A stretch of DNA of 64,000 nt from the NCBI GenBank assembly GCA_951406725.2, contig OX597831.1:34720001-34784000 (forward strand), given 5' to 3'. Shown piece after piece: positions 27,786-41,639 of this stretch. Position 1 is the first letter of the stretch; every line of letters begins with the position of its first letter. Position numbers and translations under genes: made by a program. The DNA comes from Octopus vulgaris (Eukaryota). The notes under the pieces were generated by a model, which saw nothing but the letters and a program-made list of their open reading frames with translations, did no database searches and was not told the origin of the DNA.

Positions 27786-27857
27786 TTCTTATATTTTACC
27801 CCAGTGTTACTTTGATGGCATGTGCCATCAAAGTGACACTGGGGTAAAATATAAGAA
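27786..27857. repeat. 72-bp near-perfect palindrome
   Basis: 35-bp arms at 27786-27820 and 27823-27857, with one mismatch and a 2-nt spacer. Confidence 0.95.
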
Positions 27858-27954
27858 AAACCAGATTCCAACCTGTAAAACAATTCTCGATATTTTTATA
27901 TGTACCTAATCTCCAATAATTATCAGTTAGGAACAATCAAGGTTTTATAGATGT

Positions 27955-28242
27955 GGTGAAGGTACATGGTCTGGTGGTTAGGGTGTTGTCCTAAAGATCG
28001 ACAGATTATGGGTTCGATTCCCAGACTAGGGGGTGCATTGTGTTCTTGAGCACAAAACTTCATGTTACTCCAGGGCACTCAAGTGTAAACATAGTCCTGC
28101 AATGAAATATCCTTCAGATGAAGGGAAATATTGGCTTACTTGCCTACCCAGCGAGGTGGCATCATTCAGAAACTAAAACAATGCAAAACACATTGTGACC
28201 AGTGAGGTATAACATCCATTAGTCTGGTCAATACTGTGATAC
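27955..28242 (+). mobile_element. Third tRNA-derived SINE family (V-domain-like)
   Basis: A-box-like tggtctggtggtt and B box gggttcgattccc, then gcattgtgttcttgagca.aaaactt. Related pieces lie at ~41845-41960 (+) and ~53455-53605 (-). Confidence 0.55.
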
Positions 28243-30214
28243 ATATATACATATATATAAAGAAGGGTGGTGAATAAAAATGCTGCTGAAAAGAATTTGT
28301 TTGAGACCTTACAAAAAATCATTAAGTCAATAAACCAATTGATAGGCAAGATACGAAAGTGAAAGGATGAGGAAGCTGTCAATCACAAAGTCTGTAATAG
28401 AGCCAGAAAGAAGAACTAAAAGGGAAAAAAAAATGCCTATCATTTGAATATGCCATACCTATGCAGTTCAGATTGTTGTCACTATACAACAAAGGTACAT
28501 TGCAAAGTTGTAACAACAACCACAACAACAACAGTCAAGATATACATCAGATGAGACGACATACAGTAGTTGATACACAACAGTGTGTGTGTGTATATAT
28601 CTATATACATATATATATATATATATACATACATACATACACACTAATAATACAACAGTTACAATATAACATTAGAACATATACACAGAAGAGCTGTGTA
28701 CACATACTCCATTCTATCAAATGTGTTCAGATGAATAACAATATGGGGCAAGAACCTCAATAATTATTTGTGTCTGATCAGATAAATACATCAACCACAA
28801 AGTCTGGTCCTCATTGTAGTGTGGAAGCTAGTGTGCCCCAATGACTCTAAGACATATGCCAAAATAGTGCAAGATCCTGGACATTCCAAACTGATATGGA
28901 CTGCCTCTACTGAGAGGTAAAAGTGCGTTTGCATAGCCATACTACTACCCAGAAAATGAATTTTTTTTAAAAAAGCTACAAACGCATCAATGGCCTATGC
29001 TCCAAAAGGCTTACATAAGTATATGAACATTTAGTATATTTAGTATATGAACATTCAGCCTGAGGTAACAGTGAATTAGATAATGCTAGTTTTCCCAGGC
29101 AGAGAGAGATCCACCATGGACAATAGTAAAGTAGTTTATGAGAATACCTCAATGAAGATAAGATGCTTAAAGACGTGCTCTAGTGAAAGATTGTGGGCCA
29201 TGGGGACATAAAGCTGTCACTGAGAAACTATACTACATTTTTATCTCACAAACAGTTTAGATTATCTCACAAATAATTTAGACAGAAGCTATTTTGTCAA
29301 CTGGAATTATGAACTTGTATCAAGAGCAGAGAACAAATTAGATTTGCAGTTCTAAAACTAGTCTGAGCCTTAGAATTGCTGGATTCAGTGGGATCACATG
29401 AAATGAGCGTACCATGGAACAATTATACAAGAGTGAGAAGAAAACTGCATTTTGTGTAAAAAAAAAAAATTTCTCAAATTCTCTTAATTGTAACTAATAG
29501 TACAAATTATCATAGGCATCCACACACACACTACCAGCTAGTTATAGACTAATAAAAATGCTGCATTTTACAGGTGGGCAAATGCAAGCATTCTGGAATC
29601 TTATTTTGCAGCCTTAACCATTGGATTTTTAAAGCTATCACCAAAGTGAAGAAAAGAAATTACTGAACTTAGTTTCTTAAGCGACTTTGAAGTAAGAGAT
29701 GGTCTGAAAAGTTACACATGCTGAAGGAAGGTCAATATTATATCCAGCAAGTACTCTTCAGTTCTTTTGTCAATGAATTTGGCATTATGATTATCTTGCA
29801 TCAAATTGGGACTAGCCAATGATAAAAGTTGTATATTCCTTGTTCTATCATAATTCTGGGGTATTAAAATTCATATAAATATTCCTGTGAACCATGTGTG
29901 ATAACACATATGTGATCCTTAATTTCTATGAATGAACATGTCAGGTACAACTGATACCTCCATATTCCTGGATATGGTGTGCAGTCTCACATGGTCTTCA
30001 GTGAAAACAGAAAACTATTTCAAGTATTAAAGTAAGCATGGACTTCAATGCAATTTAAAGTTACAATTGTGTTACAAATGTGTTGACTTCTACATGAAAG
30101 ATTTATAAATGAGGGGCAGTAAGGGGTTACAAACACCAAAAAGTGCTGCAAGGGTTTGAGCTGAGATAAGTTGAAACTTTGCACCCACCATAAACATATC
30201 TGCATACAGTTATT

Positions 30215-30540
30215 AACACACCACACACAATCTTAGATATAAACATGTTTACGTACACAAACACATATACACACACAAACAAGTTTACATACAAAGACAT
30301 ATATGCACAACATATACACACACACACACTAATACACAATATGTACACGTGTAAATAAACAATATTTAAACACACACATATACACACAATATGTATATAC
30401 ACAATTATACAATATGTAGACACACGTATATAGACAATATATAGACACACATATATACACACATGTATATACACATATACACACACATGCATATTCACAT
30501 ACATGTATACACACATCTACACGTACACCCACATATAGAT
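30215..30540. repeat. Decayed CA/TA-rich low-complexity tract
   Basis: Alternating purine-pyrimidine sequence with recurring acacaatatgta-like subunits. Confidence 0.8.
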
Positions 30541-31739
30541 AAAACACTTCTATTCCAACGACATCCTCAACCAATTCTTAAATGTAATTCTTATGAAGTG
30601 GCTTGAACATTATTTTTTTTCCTTTTCCATTTTCTCCATCCTTACATTGTCAAAAAAATAATCAAATGAACTACAACAGAATTCAAATATGTAATTAACT
30701 CTAAATGATTTCCTAAAGTGAGCACACTTATGACCTAAATAAAAAATAAAACTGTGCCGCATGGGCGATAAAACAAGTACAAAGAAATCCTTTAATGAAG
30801 GAAATGGGACATGGAGTAATGGACATGGAGGAGATATCATTATGCTGTGTTATGTAATTGTACTTATGATTTGTATAACCCTAAATGTAAAAAAAAAAAA
30901 CCCAGAAAAATTAAACCTTGCAGAATCACCCTAATATGGTAAAACACCAGGCTTTTCAATTAAATCCAAAATTATGACACAGATTCCTGAGAAGAAAAAG
31001 AGAGAAAGAATGAAAAAGGAAATTTCCAACCATAACAGTCTAAGTTAAATTTCACCTTAATCTCAACCAAGTTTTGAACTTATACATATGACAAAATGCC
31101 GGCAAAGAGCTACGATTACACATACAAAAAGAAATTTACAATGCCAAAAGGATGACTTTGATTAACTTTCATTGAAAAACCAAAGAATAGAAAAATCACG
31201 AAACATAACAGACAGACAGACTAATAGTTTCTGGAAGTCAAGAACTGCTACAAACATCTTTAACAAGGCTCCTCAATGAACTGTATAGACTTTCAATACA
31301 AACATTGTGGTTCACACATCAAGACATCCATTCCAGTGTTTCAACATTCTGCATTCAGTGGGAATTCCTTTCATGTTGAAAGTGTATCAATGATAACTAA
31401 AAACTATCATCAGAAGTACCCATCACACAAGGAAATCAACGGCCGAAAACGGAGCAAAGGGGAGGAGATGGAGAGACATACTATAAAAGAACTGTTGTAG
31501 TAAAAAGTATTGATAAAAAAAATAAAACGAAAATTTTGATAAGAAATAATGAGAGAAATTACATAAAACTAATTCTAGCTACAGACCGAGATTCCCAATG
31601 ATAACCTAATTTTTTTAAAGTTTCCTACACTCATGGCCAACAAAAGGATTACTCTTTATATATATGGGTAGGTGTCCATAAGCGTGTGTATATATATATA
31701 TATATATATATAGAGAGGGGTGGGCTCTGAAAGGGGTCT

Positions 31740-31999
31740 CAGGGAGTAGCGTCCCTGTCTTCCTAAGTTAGTTTTCCACCACATTCCTTAAAAAAATCAT
31801 GGCAGAGGTCTTAGTCTCAGGACCACTCATGTCTAGAAACTGAGGTTGCGGGGTAAGCAAGGGCATGCTCCCCATAGAAAATCCAGCTCCAAGAAAGCCT
31901 CATGATAGCAAAGGGGTTACTAAGGCATTGACGTAGATCTGGCCACCACTGTTAACAGGAATAAAACCCGAATTTTAAACACTGGATGATGATGATGAT
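31740..31999 (+). mobile_element. LINE 3' UTR fragment of a second RTE-like subfamily
   Basis: ggggtaagcaagggcatgctcccatagaaaa motif and terminal (gat)n, next to a (TA)n run. Confidence 0.5.
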
Positions 32000-32128
32000 C
32001 TGAGTAGGTACAATGCTGCTGCCCGAGGAGATAACTTTAGCAGAGTGTGTGAATGAAGGTAAGGAAAGATATACACATACAATCCTTCCTGCATGAACTC
32101 ATATGGTGTGCACACATACACAGACTAG

Positions 32129-32170
<42 letters not shown>

Positions 32171-32515
32171 CAAAAGGTGGGAGGAACAGCTAACTGTGTA
32201 TCTATATTGTTATGGCTTCTACATAATCAAGGCGAAACATCAATAATCTTCACTAAATAATTAATTAGCCAGTACAAGATCATTCTAATTAATTATACCA
32301 AGTAACTAACTACTTGGCACTCTCACTGCCACAGAAATAAAATGAAAAAATAAAATAAAAATAAATCAATAACAGCTATTCGATAACTGATGACCATGAA
32401 ACACCTCCTCCTCTTTAGTTTATCTCTGATATCAAAATACAAGACTGACAGCTGAAATTCCAACACCTGAATATTTCAAAACTGAATCGATTTATAGATA
32501 TGAGCACACGCATAT

Positions 32516-32715
<200 letters not shown>

Positions 32716-35700
32716 ATGCACATACTATCTCATACAAATGCACACATACATATTGGTAGCTAAAAGGATAAAGAATTTGAATAAAAGGCAAAGAGAACAT
32801 CAACCAGAAAAATAAATGACCAATAACTATATAACTCTCACGAAAATGGAGAAGGAGAGAGGGAAACCAACAATATGAAGAATTCATAGTAAGGTGACAA
32901 GTGAAGGGATAAAATAATGACCAAATCTGAAAGACAACAATAAAAAAAAAAATGGAAAAAAAAAAGATAAAAAAAAAAACATCCAAGCAGACAGAACAAG
33001 GCAATTCTTATGGATTTTTAGCAATACAGCAGTTGTAGTAGTGTTCACCACTGAGCAACAACAAATGATGAAGTGGAGGAGGGAGTATATTATTGTAAAA
33101 AAAAAATAAAAGAAAAATGAAAGCAAGCAGGAAAAAAAATGAAAATGACAGCCAGAGGATGGGGGGAAGGGGATGGTGATCAGTGCATTGACAAAGGGAG
33201 GCAAATATGGAAGGAAGGAGACAAATCTCAGAGAGACTTCGGAGAAAAGTTTTGACTATCACATTTTCTCGCGCTCTCCTCCTCCTCCTTCTCTCTTCCT
33301 CTCTCACACACGCACATGCACTCTTTCTTGCTTGCTTATGCATTCACTCATTTAACAAACAAAAATAATAATAATAATAATAATGATAATGTCATTCCAG
33401 TACAGACCAGGTCTACAAAACTCGAACAAATACATGAAACAGAAAAAAAAGGAAAAAAAAAAAAACAAACAAATGGAATATACAAGAATGTCTACCACCA
33501 AAAAAATAGATGCATACTTCTGGAAAATTTGCGGATATCAAAATCCGGATATTTGGATGTTATTTCACAAAGTATTCCTTTCATAAAATGATCTGGAAAA
33601 AGTAGAAAGAAAGAGATGAAAGAAGAAAACATGAAATAAAGCATATTTATTATTTCTTTTTGGGTTTTCCCTCTTTTTTTTTAAATTTCATTTTACGAGT
33701 TTGTTTTATTGTCAAATTTCCTCGCATCTTCTAAGATTCAAGACAATAACAATTCATGTGGTCTCAGTCAAAGAAATACATTTTTCAGGTCTGGTTTGTT
33801 CGTCTTTTCTTCAATTATTAAAACAATGCTCACAAGCGCATCTTGAAGTCTGAACAATAAATTCCATTTTTTTTTCTCCCCTGCTCTGACTTGAAGTCGG
33901 TGCAGGACAAGACAATCTATAAAAATCAATGCAATTTCGCCAAAAGGACCTTCAAATACATGGCTGTGTTGCCCAAAGCATCATTTTTAGCAATCACATT
34001 TATACTCAAGTGATCAATTTACAAGTTAGCAATATTTTTTCATCAATGAATTGTTATACTTTTCAAGATTTTTCTCATCCTTGTGAAACCACTTTCACCT
34101 GTAGAAGTATTAGATAAAGTAGGGGTTTTAGCAGTGGTGGTGGTGGTGTACTCCATATCCATTTCCAAACCATCCTGATGAAACTACTTAAGCAATGTGA
34201 ACACCAACATTTTTTTCGTTTTTCTTTTGGTAAATATCAAAACTTCTTCACAGTGGCATTGCCAGAAAACCAACCAAAGAGCTGGAGAAAAGAAGTTTGT
34301 CTTGAAAGAAAAACCAACAAACAAAACAAATCTATCGCTGCAAAAACCTCATCACCAGAAATCTTAGAATTTATGATTTAAAATGTTTGGTTGTATGAAT
34401 TTATATTTAGTGAACTATGCTTAAAAAAAAAAAATCTCAACCAAAATAACAATGACTTATACAAATTTTCTTCATCTGATTATAAATAAAATAAACAAGT
34501 AAATAAATAATGGTAAACAAAGACTGAGGAGCTTGAGAACTGGTCAGAGTAAGTAACACCTAGTATAAAGGTTATAAGTTTCTCACTAATCACAGAAAAC
34601 ACAACAGAGCATCTGTGAGGCTGTGTGAAGGAAACAAACATTTTATTTTGTATTCTATTATTCACCAATCCATAAGCACTAAATTCCGATAAGCATAAAG
34701 AGACAATTATTTCTGTTCACTTAGCCACAAACTGATCGATAAGATTCATTCAACTAGACAATATTAACTTCCCACAAAACCGTGAGGGTAGGAGAGGATT
34801 GGAAAATATATTTTCATATTATATATATATCTAAGTTTATATATATATATGGAAATATATAAATAAATTAAAAACCAACCAATATACATTCAGTGGTTGT
34901 GTGTGTGTATGCGCGTGCATGATAAAGAAAGCTTTATTTCTACTCTTGTGATGCTGGTTTCTACACATCCAAACACTATTCAATTTACACACAGTTATCA
35001 GGGAAAGAATTCACGGAATAGGATGGAGGGGGTATTTTACTATAAAAATAGTGCTATTTCAACCTATAACATCTGTGAGCATGCAAGTGTGTGTGTGTGT
35101 GTGTCTTTTTTCCAAAAGAGGTGGGAGGGGCACTACACATTTCACAGTCAATAAAATATATACCATAATTAAAATGAGCAAAAGGGAAATAATCACAAGA
35201 GGGTTATAGGCAATGAATTTTGATATATGAATAAAGGGATCATTTTGAATGACCTAAGCATTAAAAAAAAAAAAAAAAAAAAAAATCACTGTAATTGCTT
35301 CGTTGGAGACAGGAAACAAAAACCTAGAGATAACTGTTAGCAACTCACAAAAAGGGGGACAGATAATTTATGATTTCCAGAAATTATTAATTAATTTTGC
35401 AAAATTGATTTACATAAAGGTCTAGTATGGCACTGAGGTTAACAAACTTGCTTTGCGACCATGAGGTTTTAGTTTCAATTTCACTGCATGGCACCTTCAG
35501 CATGAGTTTTCTACTACAGCTATAGACCAACCAATGCCTTTTGGGTGAATTTGGTAGATGGAAACTATGTGGAAGCCTATCATCTGTGTGTGTATGTCAT
35601 CAACTCTTGTCAAATGGTCTTGATTTATTTACATCCCTATGAGATAGCAATTCAGCAAAATGGCACGAAGAATAAATATCAGGCCAGGAAACATTTTTTG

Positions 35701-35882
35701 CATGTTGATATATCAGCCAGTGAGGAACTGAATTTTGAATTTAAAAAAAAAAACAAGAAAAAAACAGTAAAAAAAAAAATCATTCCACATCAAGTTAGAT
35801 CTATCATGAAACCATAAAGCTGTTCAAAATTATAATGATTCTTCAAAATTTACCAAAGTAACTCTTTTTTCTTTTTAAGAAA

Positions 35883-35913
<31 letters not shown>

Positions 35914-37240
35914 TTAAACACCATTGTTTTGTCAGTGGAAGTTGTTTTAGCAACAACTAAAAGATGTTTAAAAGGGAGAAATGATGAAAGATTATTCCTA
36001 GCAACCGTTATTATTTAGAGTGATAACTAAGTAAAATAAGTTTTCATACTGTTGCATTGGCAGCTAAGCAAGCAACACCACCACCAAGCTTACTTGATGT
36101 ATACGGTAGTTTTTGGACAACCTGCAGGATGAAAAACAAGACAAGTCAAAGAGTGGACAAAGCCAGGAGAGTCAATGGCCATTCACTTATGTGATAGATA
36201 GATTTACATATATGCATGAGGACTTTAAAATTTCTGGTTTGTGCCTAGGTGCACATTTAACCAAGGTTGAACTCAATGGCATGGTGAAGGCAACTAACCG
36301 AGGAGATGGAAAACATCAATAGAAAAGCCTAAGGTATGTTGTTCACTGAATTTGTGCCAAACAGTTGCACCAATTTTGTGCTGTGAGTATCTCCAAAAAC
36401 TGATCCAAAAGGCTAGTCCTACACAAGTTTTCATTCGCTACTGGAAAGATATCATCTGTGTGGGTAGGCAACACTTATGTTGGCTAAACATCATACATCA
36501 AAGCTGACAAGAGAATCTACTATCATATATGTATATATATATATACACAGAGAGGGAGAGAGAGAGAAAGAGATGAAAGACAAACAGTGGAGACAAAGTG
36601 AGGGAAACAAAAAGAAACTAATTAAAAGGAATTTATAGAGAAATAAAGGATATCGAGAGAGGAAAATGACGAACAGAATAATAATGACTTCAAAGTTTGG
36701 CTCAAGATAAGCAACTTTGGGATAGGGGAATGTTGATTATATCAATCCAAGTTATGAATTGGTACTTGTTTTGCCAACCTCAAAATTGAACTTGGTGGAA
36801 TTTGAACTCAAAACGTAAAGATGAATGAAATGCCGCTAAGAGTTCTGCCAGTTTGCTGTCTAAATAATAACAGCAATCCTTTCTAACTTTGACACAGCTC
36901 TGAAGTTTGGGGAACAAAGGTACTCCTATTAGATCAGGATGTCATTTTGATGGATGTCATTGTTTCAACATAAAAATTTCAATATTAATAAATGACTAGA
37001 TCCAACAAAAGTTATGCTTGAATTTGGATATCTTCTTCATTTGCATAGCCTTCAAAATAATTTAATCACACTCCAATATGATTACTCTCAAGAAGAGGAA
37101 GTTTCCATGAACAATGCAAAAGAGGAGAAAGTATAACAGGTAAAGATTAACTGATGAGCTTCCATATTCCTGATCTACCCAATTTCACTCAGACAGCTTG
37201 GATTGACCAAGCATAATGGTAAAGACACTAGCCCAAAGTG

Positions 37241-37560
37241 ATGTGCAGTGGGGTGGAAATTAGAATCACATGATTGAGAAGAGAACCTCAATCACACAAC
37301 CATACCTATGCCTCCCATTTGTATGAAACAAAAAGACCAAAAGTAAACTAGATTAATGAAGCATACTGAAAACCATCGATTCTTTCTTGCTCAAAATAGC
37401 ATGCAGTGAGCTGGAACTTGGAATCACTTGATTAAGAGAACTTCCTTATCACATGACCATGCCTGTGTCCATGTATATCATGTCAAACAAAAGCCAAAAG
37501 TAAACTAGATTAATCAAGCATTCAAAGAATCACCAAAACTCTTTCTTCCTGCAAGAACAG
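37241..37560. repeat. Diverged tandem duplication of ~157-160 bp
   Basis: ccaaaagtaaactagattaat occurs at ~37337 and ~37494, each preceded by a SINE-head remnant tgcagtg..gaatcac.tgatt.agaga. Confidence 0.75.
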
Positions 37561-37896
37561 AATCCTATGTTTATTGACAAAAGTACCAGTTATAATATAC
37601 AATGCAAATCAACTATTGCCGTTTTACAACTCCAAGCCTTTTGATTGACTTCTATATTTCTCAAGATTAGAAATATCTTGAAGAATTGCTATGGAATGAA
37701 TTATCATTCCATATAATTAAACATTTACTCTTATATTCCAACTACAAAGTATTCTCAACATGTTAGACTGAAGCTAAGTAGTACGCCGCATTGCCTAGGG
37801 ACACCAAACTACCATAGTAATGTTTAAACTTATGACCTGGTGGTCATTAGTGCAGCAACAACCTAGCTCTCCTTTACAATGGGAAAGCCAAACATG

Positions 37897-37927
<31 letters not shown>

Positions 37928-40403
37928 AATTAACAAAGAAAGAAACGAAACTTTCTGCTGAGGAAGGAAATCCTTATCTTAGGGGAGTAATTAAAACTGC
38001 AACACATCAAAGAAAGACTAATAGCGATAAGCCAGAGAAAGTTAATTACAGATACACATACATTAGCTCCAGTCTTTACACATTAGCTCAGTGTTTCAAA
38101 GTCCGCTAGGCTATGTTAGTTTACATAACAGGAAAAGCAAACAACAGCCATTTGGCTTCACTGATAGTAATGAACTGAAAGGCCAACACCAGTGCCAAAA
38201 CAGAAAAAAACAAACTTAGTAACCAGCCTGAGAACTTTAAAGCTCTGGAGAGAGAAAAAAAAAAACAGGAAAAAAAAAAAACCTAAAAGAACAAACAAAC
38301 ATTTAATCACTTAGAAAACACAGTTTTTAATGTTGGATAATGAATACAAGTGAACTAGAAGTAAACGAGAGAGACTTATGGGCATCTAAGGTGGCAAGTA
38401 TTCTGATGTAGTAGTAGTATAAAGAGAGAGAAAATGAGTGTGTATGTGTGTGTGTGAACGTGAAATGCTCAAGTGTATGAAGGGAAAGGATAACCTTAAT
38501 ATAAGCTCCGTTCTAAAATACGCTAACTAATCCATGTGAATAAATACGTAAACTAAAACAACCAGAGAGAGAGAGTGTGTGTGTGTGTTTGTGTGTGTGT
38601 GATGAATCAAGTGCAAAAGAATGAGAGTGCAGGTGTGCAAGATTATGTAAGTGCATGAGAGAGAGAAGGTGTGTGTGTGTGTGTGTGTGTGTGTGCATAG
38701 GTGCACACAAGAGTGTGTAGGTGGGTGCAAGAAAGACAGACTGCAGGTGCGCAAGCAAGAGGGAGAATATGCGTGCATGCAAGCAGAGAAAAGACGAGAA
38801 GAGTTACGGAAAGTGTGCATAAATCTATGTGACAGTTTGTGTGTGTGTATGTGTGTGTGTGCAATGGGTAACTAAAACATTACAATGTAAAGATGATTTG
38901 GTGTGTATCTATTTACACATATATATGCGACTATTGGTCAATGTGTGCATGTGAACAGTGTGTGTACACACATGCAGTTAATAAGTATTCGCTGTGTGGG
39001 TGTCAGTTATTCCATTTATCTCTCTCTCTCTCTCTCTTTCTAGAGTTGATACAATCACAGCTGGGCTAAGCACGGCAAACATTTGTAGGCTTCAAAGTGA
39101 TAGATTTCCAATTACGTAGACTAAAATGTTTACAAATATTGAAAATGATGCCAAAATTTACAACTCTCAAAAAACAAAAATATATGAATTAGCTTATTTT
39201 TGCTTTATGCTTTTCCTAGCACAATAAATAGTTGCTAGAGAGAGAAAAATAGGGAAAACACTGTAGGAGTATATTAGTCGCAGATAAATCAAAAGATAAT
39301 GATTGTAGACAAATTAATTAAAGTAGGGTTCCAGCATGGCCAAGATGCCTAACATGAACTACAGGGAATTAATTTAGCATTAACATTTAATGCAAGGAGC
39401 ATCAAAAAGTTAACCAGAAATAAATGAATGGTGAGAATAAAAACAATACCTGTCAGTGATTAATAATTTTAATTATTCCAGCAATTAAGGGAGACAATTC
39501 CAAGCATTTTAGTGTTATTACGGCCTCATTAGCAAAGCAATATCTTCACTGTATCTGCCCAAGTAGTATGGGAATGACCACTAAGTACATGTAGAAGATG
39601 CTATGTTGGTTTGCAGGAATTGCTTAGAAACTAAGAACTCCAATCCAGACATCATTTCATAATAGTTAACTGTTAACCTATTTAATGCAGACAAATTTTT
39701 TTAAATATATAAAGAAGAAAAATACAACCATTGAAAAACTATATTTCTTATTAAATATACAGCTGTCACAGTAGAATTAATTTTGAAAATTATCAAGATT
39801 TTGCAATTATTCAGTGAAACAACTTCTTTCAATATTCAGTTGGAACACAACTTTAACATTTCCTTATATAAAATCATTAGTGACGGTTCTAATTTCAGTA
39901 TGAAACCTTAAAAATGAGAGAGCTTTCAAAGAACTGAAAGTGGTAAGTCATCTTGTGTAGGTTGGTATCAAAAGAGTCAAAAAATTTCAGAAAAATGTTG
40001 TCACCTCAGAAGTCTGTTTGCCATGTAAAAAAAAATAAATTAGAAAGGAAAAAAAATGTAATTTCCATAATTTTTTTTTTAATCATAGTAGTAGACATAG
40101 TAGTACAGAACGATTGCTTAATTAGGTATTTTAAAATTTTAGTTAAACAAAATCAAGTGTCTTGCCTAAAGACATAATGCCAAGCCTGAAGAAAGACACA
40201 AATTGAAAACCCAGACATCAGACACTTTTTCCTTCAACAGAAATCAATGTATGTCAGTATGTATGAATGTATACACATATGTACACTTGCACACTCATTT
40301 AGTAACAAAGCAGATGAAGTATTCAATACCACCAGAAAGGTAGATAATTCTTTTTAAAAGAACTGTTACTTGTCTGGTACCAAAGGTTCCCTGTAGACAA
40401 ATA

Positions 40404-41029
40404 TTCTTTTACTGGTTTCAGTCATTTGACAGTAACCATGCTGGAGCACCACTTTTAGTTGAACATATTGACCTCAGGACTTATTCTCTACAAGCCTAGT
40501 ACTTATTCTATTGGTCTCTTTTGCCAAGCCGCTAAGTTATGGGGACGTAAACTCACCAGCATTAGTTACCAAGTGATAGTGGGAGGGGGCACAAACGCAG
40601 ACCTACACACACACTATATATATATATATCGCTTGCCAGCATCCTCTGGCCCCTGTGCCGGTGGCACGTAAAAAACACCCACTACACTCACGGAGTGGTT
40701 GGTGTTAGGAAGGGCATCCAGCTGTAGAAATACTGCCAGATCAGACTGGAGCCTGGTGCAGCCTCCTGGCTTCCCAGACCCCGGTCGAACCGTCGAACCC
40801 ATGCTAGCATGGAAAACGGACGTTAAACGATGATGTTGATGATATATATATATATACATACACACACATATATACGACAGGCTTCTTTCAGTTTCCATCT
40901 ACCAAATCCAGTCACAAGGCTTTGGTTGGCCCAAGACTATAGTAGAAGACACTTGCCCAACATGCCACACACAGTGGAACTGAACCAGGAACCATGTGGT
41001 TAGTAAGCAAGCTACTTATTACACAGCCA
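40404..41029 (-). mobile_element. Full-length tRNA-derived SINE (family B, tail type 1) interrupted by an RTE tail
   Basis: The minus-strand head is tggctgtgtaataagtagcttgctt..ggttcagttccac..ttgggcaagtgtcttctactatag..ggatttggtagatggaaactgaaagaagcc. After an internal TA/CA microsatellite comes the tail ..gtccccataacttagcgg..gaccaatagaataagtactaggc..gctccagcatgg..tgactgaaac. The same structure occurs on plus at ~63130-63430. Confidence 0.8.
40630..40842 (+). mobile_element. RTE-type 3' tail inserted in a (TA)n run
   Basis: Same tail with a single unit, flanked on both sides by (TA)n inside the family B SINE. Confidence 0.85.
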
Positions 41030-41440
41030 GTATTTTTTTTTCCTAGCCAGAATACTAAATACATAGGATACTCCACTACTGAAGCCAACATTCTTAGTTT
41101 TAATAGCAGAGTTATTCAGATTTTGAATCCAGATTGAAAAAATACTGATGCCTGTCAGCAAGAAACCTTTGGTGCTAGAACAGGAACAAAAAGTTATTAA
41201 AATGTACTCACACACAAATGAATTAAAACAATGGAAATTTTTCTGAAAATTAAAATTTTGAATGCTAATTGTTCTAGATATTGGAAAAAAAGTGTAGTTT
41301 TCTTAAGTAACACACCACAACTAGCCGCCAAAAAGCTTCAGTCCTCATCTAAAATATGCAGTGATCTTGTTTAATGTGAAGTTAATCAATTGCAGTTCCA
41401 CTCAAGGAACACAGCCACCCAATGTAACACCACCACTTAA

Positions 41441-41639
41441 CCCTTTAGCATACAGATTATTGTCTAATGTAATACTTATTTATTCCGCATTGTTTTGAAT
41501 TAATCCTGCATTATTTTGTAGTGTTAAGATTTCAGTGATGTGGTTATTTTTAGAATGACCTTGCAGGCTAGGGGAAGAGGTTGAATCTGGTTGGTTTGGA
41601 CACAAAACATGTAGAATATTTTGGCTGAATGCAAAAGGG
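41441..41639. mobile_element. piggyBac-type MITE
   Basis: TTAA at 41437-40 and 41640-43, with TIRs ccctttagcat / atgcaaaaggg (one mismatch). Confidence 0.8.

Noticed and set aside
29240-29285. Short direct duplications (also ~29018-29058, ~43473-43506 and ~51388-51431)
   Set aside because: Ordinary slippage-type duplications with no further structure.
32387-32405. CTGATGA-ccat-GAAAC as a hammerhead (also CTGATGA/CTGAAGA hits near 34175, 37151, 40188 and 62023)
   Set aside because: No stem II or stem I pairing and no cleavage triplet.
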